Shown: one piece after another, positions 23,435 through 34,875 of the stretch | Layout of the letters: every line of letters begins with the position of its first letter | Numbering within the stretch: the first letter of the stretch is position 1 | Source of the DNA: Chiloscyllium plagiosum | Lineage: Eukaryota | Assembly (NCBI RefSeq): GCF_004010195.1 | Contig: NC_057752.1 | Location: 10,852,865-10,893,140, forward strand | Reading direction: 5' to 3' | DNA length: 40,276 nt | Translations under genes and position numbers: made by a program | Notes under the pieces: generated by a model | The model's input: the letters and a program-made list of their open reading frames with translations, nothing else | The model's database searches: none | What the model was told of the DNA's origin: nothing

Positions 23435-25010
23435 TAACAGGGATAATCCAGGAAATCATAGGCTGGTGAGTCTTACATCAGCAGTAGGGAAATTATTGGA
23501 GAAGACTGGAGAAGAAGGGGACAGCATAGGAGCTCAGAGGATAGCACTGCGGCCTGACAGCGCCAGGGTTCAATTCCAACCTCAGGTACCTGTCTGTGTG
23601 GAGTTTGCACATTCTCCCCGTCTCTGCGTGGGTTTCCTCCCGGTGCTCCGGTTTCCTCCCACAATCCAAAGATGTGTAGGTTAGATGAACTGGCCATGCT
23701 AAATTGCCCATAGTGTTCGGGGATGTGGAGGTTGGGTGCGTTAGTCAGGGGTAAGTGGGGTGGGGGGTGGGGGGAGTGGATCTGGGTGTGTTGCTCTTCG
23801 GAGGGTTGGTGTGGATTTGTTGAGCCGAAGGGCCTGTTTCCAAACTGTAGGAATTCTATTCTATTCTGAGTGACAGGATTTACTCGTATTTGGAGAAGAA
23901 TGGATTTTTAGGGATAGTCAGCATGGCTTTACTAAGTGTCAAATAGTAAAGCCATTTACTAATGGGAGGTCTTGTCTCGCAACCTTGCTTGAGATTTCCA
24001 AGAAAATAACAAAGATAAGTGATAAGGGTTGGGCAGTGGATGTTGTCTAAGTGAACATTACAAAAGCATGTGACCACATCCCTCATGGCAGGCTAATAGT
24101 GAGTTAGCAAATTGGAGACAAAATTAGCTTGATCATAAAAGACAGAGGGTAACTGTGGAGGACTGTTTGTCCGACTGGAGGTCAGCGACCAATGGTGTTC
24201 ACAAGGATCAGTGCTGTTCAGATTTGTTGTTTCTAAGATAAATGATTTGGATGAAAACATAGGTGATCTGATCAGTTTGCAGATGACACAAAAATTGAAG
24301 GAGTTATAAAGGAAGGCTATCAAAGGATACAGCAGGATATAGATCAGTTCAAAAGTTCAATCACCCACATTCACTGCTGTGTGGGCAGACAAATTACAGA
24401 TGGCGTTTAATCAGGACAAGTGTGAGGTGACGCATTTTGGGAGGTCAAATGGAAGAGGATGGTATGTAGTAAATAGCAGGATCCTTAGGAACAGGAATAT
24501 GCAGAGGGATCTTAGGATCCAAATCCATGGGTCCATGAAAGTGGCAACACAAGTGGATAAGATGGTAAAGAAGGCATATAGCATGCTTGCCTCATTGGTT
24601 GAGGTACTGAGTCTAAAAGTTGGCAAGTCATGGTGCAGCTGTGTAAGACTATAGGAAAGATGTGGAGACTTTGGACAGGATGCAAAAGAGATTTACCAGT
24701 ATGTTGCTTAGATTGGGGCGTATCAGCTAGAAAGAGAAGGAGAAGTTCGTCAAACTTGGATTGTTTTCACTCGAGCATCAGAGGCTGAGGGGTGATCAGA
24801 TAAAAGTATATAAAATTATGAGAGACATGGATAGGGTGGATAGTTGGAGTATTTTTCCCAAGGTGGAAATGTCCTAGGGGGAATAGGTTTAAAAAGGTGA
24901 GAGGGGAAAAAGGAGATGTGTGAGGAAAAGTTTTTTTTTTAAATTGAGAGGGTGGTAGATGCCTGGAATGTGCTGCCAGGGGAGGTGGGAGAAGCAGATA
25001 GACAAACATA
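23435..25010 (+). mobile_element. Degenerate CR1 LINE RT region interrupted by HE1
   Basis: NPGNHRLVSLTSAVGKLLEK, QHGF, FADDTK, WADKLQMAFNQDKCEVTHFGRSN, RLRGD. Confidence 0.85.
23517..23867 (+). mobile_element. HE1-type V-SINE (older, (ATTCT)n tail)
   Basis: B box GGTTCAATTCC, V-domain TGTGTGGAGTTTGCACATTCTCCCCGT.., GGGCCTGTTTCC 3' end, (ATTCT)3. Confidence 0.9.
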
Positions 25011-25039
25011 ACAGGTAGAGAATACAGGGATGTGTCCTC

Positions 25040-25800
25040 CTTCATGGTTCTCCTCAGTACTGACTAACCTCTAACCAGTCTGGTGTCATGTGCAAAATTT
25101 AGAAGTTGATTTTGATTTCAAAATCTAAATTATTGATATAAATTCTGAACAGCAGTGCTCTAACACTTCCATCCTCCTCCCACTCTGAGTAACTACCCTT
25201 AACGCTCACTCTTGAAGCCAGCTTGCAAGTCATTCCACCACTCATACCCAACTACACACTCCGACCTGATGCAAGAGAATACATGAAAGGTAGGATCCTA
25301 GGAAGCACTGAAGATCAGAGGCACCTTGATGTGCAAGTCCCTTAAGGCACGAGGACAGATGGATAAAGTGGTTGAGGAGGTATATGGGACACTTGCCTTT
25401 ACTAGCCGAGATAGAGAGTTTAAGAGCAGGGAAGTGATTCTGGAACTGTATAAAACATTGGTTAGGCCACAGCTAGAGTATTGTAAAACAAAGTGAAATT
25501 TTCTACAGACTTATCAATTAAAAAAAAGGAAGGCTGTGATGACAATAGGACTATTTAAGAGATAAACAAATTAGTATTGCTGGTGTTATCGGAGATGCAA
25601 AATAATTGTCTTCTTGTAAGTTATCTGGATTTTCAGGAGACTTTTGAGTGGGTGCCCCACAATAGACTAATGGTAAAGTCGTAGTCGTAGAGATCTACAG
25701 CACAGAAAATGGTCCTTGTAAGCCCACTTTCCAGTACTTGGTCCATACCCTTGAATGCCTTGGCATCACAAGTGTGCAATTGAATACTACTGCAATTGCC
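25040..25800. mobile_element. Cluster of short CR1 fragments in alternating orientation
   Basis: 25040-25260 minus RT core; 25270-25485 plus (LELYKTLVRPQLEYC); further plus and minus pieces to 25800. Confidence 0.55.
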
Positions 25801-25859
25801 CATTGTACTTTCCCAAGTTCTATTTTCAGCCACTCAAAATTAGCTTTACTCTAATCTAG

Positions 25860-26450
25860 TTTTTGCCATATTTCTGTTGTCAAAATAAACTGACATGTTA
25901 TGGTCACTATTGTCTTGATGTTCCTCTACTTTCCTCTTAGTTGCATCTCCGATACGGAATCCAAAAGCAGCCTTGTTGGGCTCTAAATAGACTGGGTTAA
26001 AAGAGACCACCCGTACACCTTTATAGAAACTCCATTCCCTTATCTCCTTTATCTACTTCTTTTACCCAATTCACATCAGGATAGTTGAAAACTACCATGA
26101 CTATTGTGGGCTTTTTTTTGGCTCAGATCGCTAATGTACTGCAAATTTATTCCTCATCTTTCCGTTCTTAGGTGGTATGTGGACGACATTACAGTAACTG
26201 ATCAATGATTTTCTTTTGTCTCCAACCATGTGGTTTCTATTTTTGCCGAGCTGATAGCTGCGCCCTCTTTCCTAAAGCCATTATATTTTTCCTAATAGGT
26301 ACAGCTATGTCACCTCCTTCTCCCCACCTCCCTCCTTGGTGACTGTATTATGCTCCACAATATTTGATTTTTCTGCAGCCATCAGTAATAACTATGACTG
26401 GCTCCTCCCAGCTCCCATGTTGTTATTTACTCTGCACACATTAAGACAGA
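25860..26450 (-). mobile_element. Old CR1 APE endonuclease fragment
   Basis: Minus strand gives GGDIAV (GGGVA), IVMVVFNYP (MGDFNYP), LLDSV and NSDHNM in the expected order. Confidence 0.55.
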
Positions 26451-26544
26451 CATTTTAATTAATTTTAATTTTGTCACACTATGTTCAACCATCTTTTAGA
26501 TTTCTGTGCAATAAGGCTACTGGGGAGGGGGAGGGGTGGACGCG

Positions 26545-28215
26545 GGATGATTTTTAACAGGCAGAGACTTTAGTTTACACTTAAAGAGAGGCTTAGAAAC
26601 CATTTGGTACGTGGGGTAATTAATGATGTAATCATGCAAAAGCACCTACTAGTGAAGCCCAACAAGACTTCAAACAGTTATTAAAATGGGCTTTATCATT
26701 AGGAAATACTGCAAGTGGAGCATATGCGTTGCAGGGTTCACTGACAGAAGTGGAGATCCTCGCCAGGCCAACTGAGTTTGGTGGGGGGGGGGCACCACTT
26801 GAGTGACGGCAATTACACAGCCTCACTCAGGCCATATCCTGAACAGAGGGACTCTAGGTCAGCCCACAGCAAAACCCCGAAACAAATCCAAGCCTCGGCC
26901 AAACAGTTAACATTTTCTTCAGGATCCCGCCACCAAGTCATTGTTGTTGCTGCCAGTATGTGGACTCAGGACAGCGAGAGAGAGAGAGTGTTTGACTAGG
27001 CCCGAATTGACTGACAAAACTCTCAGGCCGGTGTCCAGCAGAGTGCACACCCTGGAAAGCCCACCTACGTCTGGCTTGGAATAGTTAAATTGCTTTGCAA
27101 CATCCAAGTCAGAACCAAATCAAAATAAACGTCTGATTAAATGGTCACGCAGTTCTAATGGGGGTTAATGCCAGCATGACTGGTTCTGCAATCACTGACA
27201 CAATCTTTTAATAAAACTTGCTCCAGACTCCAACCCTTAAGTTTGCTTGTGACCTCGGCTTGACTGAGAACCTATACTGGGGAACCTTTACAGATTAAGG
27301 GTACAACTTCAGTTCTGGTCTCTTATGAGAAGGAGCTGGTTACTACGAGTAGTGGTAAAAGGCTCTGACTCAAGCCTAACAGGGCAAAATTAGTTGAGAA
27401 GGATTCACCTTGATTGGCTCAACATTTTTCAATTAGAAAATGACTGCTTGAGTGAAGTCCTAATTAAATACCTAGAAGTTTTTCAGGAAGGGACTATCAA
27501 AGGAGCCAAGACCACCTTGCATGTTGATGAAGAAGCAAATCCACAATTCTGCAAAGGTTTGGTCTTTCCTTGGATTGGTGAAATATTATGGAACGTTTAT
27601 ACATAGCCTGGCCTTCATCTTGGCACCCTAACATCTGCTGTTGAAAAGCAGTCAGCCTTGGAAATGGTCTTGTAGCCAAGAAGTAGCCTTTATGGAAGTA
27701 AAGAAGCAGGTATCATCATCCAAGATGTTGGCACAGTATGATCCCAAGCAAAATCTTACGCTGATATGCAATGCCTCCCTGTACAGTACCAGGGTAGTGT
27801 AGACTCTCAGATGGCCCACATGAGATGAACGCCCAATAGCATATGCTTCCTGGATTTTGGCTGATGCAGAGCACAAATACACCCAAATAGAGAGGGAAGG
27901 GTAGGCAGTCATCTTTTGTATGAGAAAGTTCCACTAATACTTTTATGGATGCAAACTGGTGATCATAATGGACCTCAAACCCCTGCTAGAACTACTCAAA
28001 GACGAAAAGGCTGTGCCGCCCATAACTTCAGGTGAAATTCAGCAGTGGGCTCACATTCTAAGTGCATACAGTTACAAATTGGAACACCATCCAGGAGGCC
28101 AAGTAACAAATACAAATGCCTTGAGCTGCCTCCCATTGGCAAATACACCACTGATGGTGCAGCTACTCGAATAGTCCATTCTGGTTTTGAACTTTCTGGA
28201 TACCCTTCCAGAATG
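26545..28215 (+). mobile_element. Ty3/Gypsy LTR retrotransposon internal remnant (gag, protease, RNase H; RT largely deleted)
   Basis: LRNHLVRG.INDVIMQKHLL (gag), LNGHAVLM..LRTYTGEPLQIKG (protease region), YDPKQNLTLICNAS..RPIAYASWILADAEHKYTQIEREG..DLKPL..IQQWAHILSAYSYKLEHHPG..NALSCLP (RNase H). No LTRs recognised. Confidence 0.85.
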
Positions 28216-28788
28216 CTACATGGTAGCTTGGGTGTCACTGAAAAAAAGGTTGAGGATTGGCCTTGCAAGCATAAAGGAAACGTTAGGTCAGATTTCCAAA
28301 ATAAAAGTGGTAGACACAAGTCACTAGTTGTCAGATTGTTCAACAAAAAAAAAAAAGGTGCTTGCTCCAAGAAATTACCAGAGGCCCTTGAAGAGAGATA
28401 CTTTGAGACATGAGAAGTTACACAAAACTAAATATAAAAATCAATTTGTTTTTTGGTTGCTCCAAGGGTAAACTTTGTTTTATGCAAAGAAAGGGGAATA
28501 TGGGAGGTTAATTGCATTCTGGAGAATATGAAAACAGTCAACAAATTTTATTGTTACTCATCAATTGTTTTATAAAGCCTGATATAAAATGCCAAAAAAA
28601 ACCTTCTATTGTTTCTATTGGCTTTGCTCAAAAATTGTGTGTATGTCTTAAAACTTCTTTCTTAAAGTGAAAAGGAATTTAGAAATATAGCGCGTAGATG
28701 AGGAAGTGATTGTGTCAACTGGTGAATTAGTACACGGGATATAAATAAAGGAGAAATAAGGAGAACTGGTGTGTGGAACAAACTAAGC

Positions 28789-29345
28789 AGAGAGGTGGGC
28801 ATTGCAGAGTGCATTATCCACCCTTCCAACTCCATTTTGATTTAGTCCCCTCCCTCACTTTTGATGGCTTACATTTCCACTAATGGGCTTTGCACTTAAA
28901 TTATTCAATTAGAAACATGGGTGATTGATTGGTGGTGGTTAACAGATGACAAAATACCAATGATTTGATGATGTGAAAAAAAACAGTTCAGTTTTGCATA
29001 AGTGCACTCCTGGATATAAAAAAAAATGAAAAATAAAACTAAGTAGAAAGGTTGTCACCACAAGGACAGAAAGTTTTACTCCCCCATTGACTCCATTTTG
29101 ATTTAGTCCCCTCCCTCACCTTTGATGGCTTGCAAAGCCTGTTAAGGACAATGCATGTAAAATATTAAATTGTAAACAGCTCATTTACTGGCAGCAGTTC
29201 ATTAATGGAAAAAGTACCACTGGAGATTGGAAAAAAAATGCTCAGTTGTGGGAGAAAGCATTTCTGGTTATATATAAAAAAAATTATGTAGAGAGGTGGG
29301 CACCATAGGGACAAAATGCCTTCGTTCCCCCTCCACTTTTACTTG
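28789..29345. repeat. Three degenerate direct repeats with ~250-bp spacing
   Basis: ACTCCATTTTGATTTAGTCCCCTCCCTCAC(T/C)TTTGATGGCTT at 28829 and 29090; AGAGAGGTGGGCA at 28789 and 29290, variant at 29045. Confidence 0.7.
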
Positions 29346-29530
29346 GTTCGAGTCTTCTCTGTCTCTCCTTGCCTGTCTTAATGCACTGCCCTGACGGGGT
29401 TTGTATTTTGTGGTGGTGGTGGATAAAAGAGAAAAATAACAGGTGATCTGGTGAAAAAACTTCAGTCATACCTCAAAGCACTTGTGGACTGAAAAGATAA
29501 AAAAGGTTAAAAAAAAAAGACCAGGTTAAG

Positions 29531-29646
29531 AGGGCTCTTGCCACAGAGTGGTAGTGTCCTACTTCTGAGTCAGGAGGCTTGGGTTCAATTCCCACCTGCT
29601 CCATAGTTGTGTACTAATACCCGTGAACAGGTTGATTAAAAATATC
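29531..29646 (+). mobile_element. Short (~115 bp) tRNA-derived SINE
   Basis: A-box-like AGAGTGGTAGTG, B box GGTTCAATTCC, 3' end GAACAGGTTGATTAAAAATATC. Confidence 0.65.
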
Positions 29647-30536
29647 GAAGCCTAAGTAGTTAACAAACTCTACACACAAAGAAATGTGTCCTGATTTTTG
29701 TCTCACTGACTGGCTTGGATCCGAATTGGCAACCTGTCCTCCAACAAAAAGAGAACGTTTGACTGATCTATCTGAAATAACTGCCACATTAACATTCTTG
29801 GAAAAGGACTACTTTATGAAACAATAATATTAAACAAATGTGGATCAAATCCAATGCCCTCTCAATTATTTGTGCCCTTTTACCCATGCAATTTGTTTTA
29901 AATATCACTCCCAAATAATCCAGAGCTCAAGTATCTATGAAATAGTCAAACACCATGATTTGTTTTTCCATAAGACAGAAGATGTTGTTAATCATTTACT
30001 ACGATCTGGGCTAACTGTCAGGCCTAGCCTTCACTGACCCAAATAAAGCAAAGAATAGAATAGCAAGATTCAGTACCTAAAGATGAAAGGTCCAATTCAC
30101 TGTCAAGGCTACCTGCAACACAAAATAAATTAACTCTTTGAATGAGCTAGAGTATTATTGAAATAAAGAGCTTTCCAAATAAAGTACAATATTTAGCCAG
30201 ATACCTCTGCCAGTCCCACAATCCTTGAAACATTGTGAGCTTCCAAACATGGCCGCTTATACATACGTTAAATACTGTTTGACAAAACTCCTGAAGCATC
30301 TTGAGGTATGTTCCCATATTAAGAGCTGCTCTATGAACTTATAGTTTTGTTGTTACTCAACATAGCAGATATCAAAAAAAAATTACAAAAAATAAATAAA
30401 TAAAATCGCTCGAGCTGGGTACTGCTGACTAATCCAGGCTCAAGTGTTTTCTGTTTTTATTTCAGATTACAAGCCACTATAGTATTTTGCATTTATATGA
30501 GGTTACAATGGAATACAGGCAAGGAACCTACGTATG

Positions 30537-30650
30537 TTTCTAATCAACTGGTTCAGAGATGTCATGACACACCTCTACAGCAAGTGAGACTTGAACTTTG
30601 GCCTTCTGGCTCAGAGATAATGGGCACTATTACTGTGCTACAAGAGCCCT
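30537..30650 (-). mobile_element. Short tRNA-derived SINE
   Basis: Reverse complement GGGCTCTTGTAGCACAGTAATAGTGCCC..GTTCAAGTCTCAC..CTGAACCAGTTGATTAGAAA. Confidence 0.6.
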
Positions 30651-31037
30651 GGCCAAGAGTTAGCTTGGCGAAAGTGAGGGCTGCAGATTACAGTCGAGAG
30701 TGTGATGCTGGAAAAGCAAAACAGGTCAGGCTTGGCTGAGTTGGTAGCGCACTCACTCTTAAAAGTTGAGCTTCATGCCCATTACAGATTCGAGCACACA
30801 ATCTAAGCTTAATGAGGACAGTGTCAAGGGAATGTCTTTAAATTGGAGGTGCCATGGCACCATTTGAAAAAGGGGAATGAAGATTAGAGTGCAATATCTC
30901 AACTTCAATCACAAATACAGAACTAAATAATCCCTTCACTCCCGGAGCACAAAATAACTGTCAGTTTTCCTGATGTAACAAAAAGTAACCTATATGTTGC
31001 AGAATGTTTGAGGACATCTGGGGATGGTAGAAAATTT

Positions 31038-31157
31038 GATATTTTCTAATCAATCTGCTCAGAGCTGTTATAACAACACCCTTGGAGCAGGTGAAAGTTG
31101 AACCCAAGCCTCCCAGTACTGGTGGAGGGATGCAACCACTGCACCACAAAGCCCCCA
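31038..31157 (-). mobile_element. Short tRNA-derived SINE
   Basis: Reverse complement GGGGCTTTGTGGTGCAGTGGTTG..GGGTTCAACTTTCACCTGCTCCA..GATTGATTAGAAAATATC. Confidence 0.65.
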
Positions 31158-31181
31158 CTATAATTAGCATTTATATAAGAC

Positions 31182-31530
31182 ATGGCTGTGATTCACTTGG
31201 TAGCACTCTTACCTCAAAAGTTCAAGTTGTAGATTCATTTTGATAATCTCACCTGGCATTTCAGTTCTGTATTTAAGTGCTGCACTGTTGGAGTTGCCAT
31301 CTTTCAGATCAGATGTTAAGTCAAGTTCACATTAACCTTCTCAGACGGAGAGAAAAGATCTTTGTAGAAAAGCAGGACAGTTCTCTCCCAATCCTATCCA
31401 ATATTTATTCTTCAACAAGCAACACCAATGACAGATAATACGCATTGCTGTGCATGGAAACATGGCAGTGAATATACTGCAATGATTAATATATTTCTAA
31501 GCATTTAATTGTCTGTCTTGAGGTTGTGAA
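31182..31530 (+). mobile_element. Deu-domain SINE, near full length, degenerate
   Basis: TTGGTAGCACTCTTACCTC head; GTGCTGCACTGTTGGAGTTGCCATCTTTCAGAT..GTTAA; CCAATATTTATTCTTCAAC; tail GAGGTTGTGAAA. Confidence 0.65.
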
Positions 31531-32399
31531 ACACAAATGAGAATTCTCCTTCACTCAAGTTCTAAGATTGCATGAAAATTTCTTGTGTGTGGTGACAAAA
31601 ATCCTTTCAGCCTTAATGAAACACTTGCTACGGATATTATCGTGTTTAAATAGATCCGTCCTCTGATCGAGTAGTAAAGAGCTCTTTTACTGCATGCTTA
31701 TGGAATACAATCTTTTCAAACATATATAATTTGATGCAAAAATCAGTCTCGAGTATGCAACGGTAGGAGCTGATTTTAAATAAATATGTTTTACTCAATC
31801 CAAGATTGAATGTCATTGGCACATTTTCGATTCTAAGCACTTGAGTCAAGCAGAAAGCAGCATACTTTGTGTCACAGGAGCGCAGCCACTGTGAACCATC
31901 CCACCCACTGACCAAAACACAGGCCCATGCATGTGCAGCCAGATTATGGGAGCTACTTCTTGAAAAACTAAATGAAGGTTGATCCAGAATGTTTCCACTA
32001 ATACAGAAAGTATATGTCCACATCTCAGAATGCTCAGAAGTCACCAAACTTTAAAACGGAAAAGAAAAAGGAGAACAATGTTTAGAAGTCACACTTCCCT
32101 AATCAGGTGTTTAAGAGATTTTCCTGCTAAAAGCTCATTTTATCTTTTCTCTGTTTTTGGATAGAGTAAGGGTGTAATGTTAACAGTTGGCAATGTACAA
32201 AGACTGGCTGAATGCTTTTAATTGTAAAATAAAGTCCAAATCCATGTACTGTTATCGATGAAACACTTGCCTTTATCAGAACTCAATTGTATGTGCATGA
32301 CAAATATTGTACAAAAAGATATTGTACACAGGACTGCTAACTATCTGAATGCAAGCTCTTTAGAAATATATGCATTAGGTACATTAACATCAATGCAAA

Positions 32400-32605
32400 A
32401 AGGCTGCAGGTGCTGGAAATCTGAAATGACAACAAATCGTGCCAGCAATAATTAACTGTGAAAAGGGAAACATGTATTATGTTTCAGGTTGAGTGAAACA
32501 TAGATAGTGTGTCAGGTTGATGGCCTTTCACCAGAACTGAAACATTAACTGTTTCTCTCATCACAGGTGCTGCCAGACTGACTTGAGTATTTCTACAATT
32601 TTCTT
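32400..32605. mobile_element. Old Penelope-derived inverted-repeat element
   Basis: GCAGGTGCTGGAAATCTG..GTTTCAGG..CCTTTCACCAG / CTGAAACATTAAC..GCTGCCAGACTG; same type as 21345. Confidence 0.45.
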
Positions 32606-32859
32606 TTAAATTAAGCACATCCTTTCAGAGAAAACTACTGCTTCAAACAGTCTTCGACAAAGGATGTTTCCTTAAAAGAAATTTCATTTCACCTGATTTC
32701 TTAACTCAATTTTTACATGTCAACCAACCTGAAGAGACATAACCCAAAAATTTATTTTAAAAAACCTCAGCTCCTCTTCCATAGATCTCTGCATCAATTA
32801 GAATGACATTAGAATGAGCCTATCATAATGAACTCAAGCACTAGATTTGCATGCAGTGC

Positions 32860-33230
32860 TTATGTCTTTGTCTACAAACAAACTTTGCAACCACCAAGAA
32901 ACAATGAAAGTAAAGCATTCCAAGACACTTCAGAGGAGTATTAACAAACTAATTTGACACCAAATCACCCAAGGAGATAATAGGAAAGATGACAAAACTT
33001 CAAAGAATTTGTTTAACAGGAGAAAAGTGGCAAGATAAAGATTGAGAGAGTGATTTCCAGTTTTTAAGCACATGGGCAGCTAAGGCACAGCAGCAATGAA
33101 ATCAGGGACTTGCATGAGGAATTGAAGGAGCAGAGAGATCTCAGATTTGTAGGTCTACAGGAGATTTCTGGAATACGATGAGAACAGCACAAGTACCATG
33201 GAACATTTGAAAAACATGGAGTTGTAACAA
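32860..33230 (-). mobile_element. Probable old L2-type LINE 3' end
   Basis: Purine-rich plus strand with GAGAGTGATTTCCAG..GGCAGCTAAGGCACAG, resembling antisense L2 3' ends; heavily decayed. Confidence 0.4.
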
Positions 33231-33435
33231 CTGCAGCTGTATTAGTCACAATCTCAGACTTAGAGCAAAGCCTCAGAGGCTACTGACATGACAACAATTG
33301 CAAATGAATGCAGTGACCTTTTAGCAAAGTTTTCACATGCTTTGTAAATAAAACCACTGGCATCATCTAGTGGTATCACATCAGTTATACGAATATGCCT
33401 TTCACAATATCATGTGCCCGCAAATTCGTGAGGAA

Positions 33436-33548
33436 GCTGTTGTGGCAAAGGGGTAGTGTCCCTACCTGAGCCAAGAAGTCTGCGTTCAACTCCAACCTGC
33501 TCCAGAGGTGTAAAATATCACCTCTGAACAAGTTAACTAGACAATATT
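33436..33548 (+). mobile_element. Short tRNA-derived SINE
   Basis: GTGGCAAAGGGTAGTGTCCCTACCTGAGCCA..GTTCAACTCCAACCTGCTCCAGAGGTGT..CTGAACAAGTTAACTAGACAATAT. Confidence 0.6.
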
Positions 33549-33656
33549 TCATCAGCTTTGTGGGTCACAAGTCAAAGAGAGAGACAGTAAGCAGAGCTCT
33601 TGATCAGAATATTCACCCTGCAACCTCACAAGGGAAAGGCACATGTGAATATTGCA

Positions 33657-34262
33657 CAGATGTGGTGATGCTGGTGTTGAACTGTGGTGAAGAGTCAGAA
33701 GTCACATGACACCAGATTAGAATTTTTTTAGAATCCCTCCAGTGTGGAAACAGGTCCTTCAGCCAAACAAGTCCGCACCGATCCTCCAAACAGTAACCCA
33801 CCCAGACCCATTCCCCTACCCTATATTTACCCCTGACTAATAACCTACACTCTGGGCAATTTAGCATGGCCAATTCACCTGACTTGAACATCTTTGGACT
33901 GTGGGAGGAAACCGGAGCAGCCAGAGGAAACCCACACAGACACAGGGAGAATGTGTAAACTCCACACAGACAATCGCCCGAGGCTGGAATCAAACCAGGG
34001 TTCCTGGCGCTGTGAGGCAGCTGTGCTAACCACTGAGCCACACGCCGATTTCTGTTTGGGGAACATTTTCACGACCCCATTAAAAACCCGGAACTGTGCA
34101 GGAAAGAAAACGGATGAAGAAAGAATGGGGGGTGGGGGGGGATCTCAAACCACCAACCGCTCGGTTAACAGCCAAACACACTGACCAATTGCGCCAGAGA
34201 CTTACAGTCCAACAGGTTTATTTGAAATCACAAGCTTTCAGACAGCAGCCCCTTTATCAGGC
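33657..34262 (-). mobile_element. Penelope-derived element (37588 family) split by an HE1-containing insertion
   Basis: GATGTGGTGATGCTGGTGTTGAACTG..CACCAG (33659-33716) resumes as CAGTCCAACAGGTTTATTTGAAATCACAAGCTTTCAGACAGCAGCCCCTTTATCAGG (34205-34261), a decayed minus-strand hammerhead. Confidence 0.55.
33716..34047 (-). mobile_element. HE1-type V-SINE
   Basis: Reverse complement has TGGCTCAGTGG A box, GGTTTGATTCC B box, V-domain and CR1-like 3' end. Confidence 0.9.
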
Positions 34263-34875
34263 CCAGTGAGTCAGGTGAATATTGAATTGACAGCAAAGTA
34301 CTTATTGCCAGTATTTCTGAAAACCAGCCTACAGAATTAAGAAGACTGATTGGAACAGGATTCGCTTTCTACAGGTGTATCGGTTTAGTAGTATTCAGGA
34401 GAATAGTTGAAACAGAAAACATGCAGAAACTTATGCAGTCAGACACAAAGGGACCAACTTACCTACAGGGTGACTAGCCAACTCATTTGCTTTTGAAGGG
34501 AAAATACAAGAATTTCAAAGATGAACAAGTTTATTTCCAGACATTCCAAAATTCTAAGCATAGTCTCAATAAATCACCCAACAAATGATCGACTTTTGAT
34601 TTAAAATCTTATATTATGTTCAACTGAAGATATTATGATGCAAATAATAATTGGTAGGTCTGGTTAAATTCACCTTGAAGGACAAGTCAAAGTTTGTTTG
34701 ACAGTGGAGTACTGCATTATTTCCCAATTTTTCCTCTACTACAGTCAGACACGTTGCAGTGCCATCTTCAATACCAATAAATTATTTTGCCCTGTACCAC
34801 CTAGAGGTCGGCAGACCAATCTAACATCATGAATTACCAACATCAACTGCCATAGGAAGTTGACTGCAGGATACG

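Noticed and set aside
26521..26547. G-quadruplex-like G-tracts (also 23747-23786 and 19546-19580)
   Set aside because: Simple G-rich expansions within or beside decayed repeats; no evidence of function.
31646..32047. 133-aa minus-strand ORF in non-repeat sequence
   Set aside because: No recognisable domain, no convincing donor, and alternative frames and strands are equally plausible.
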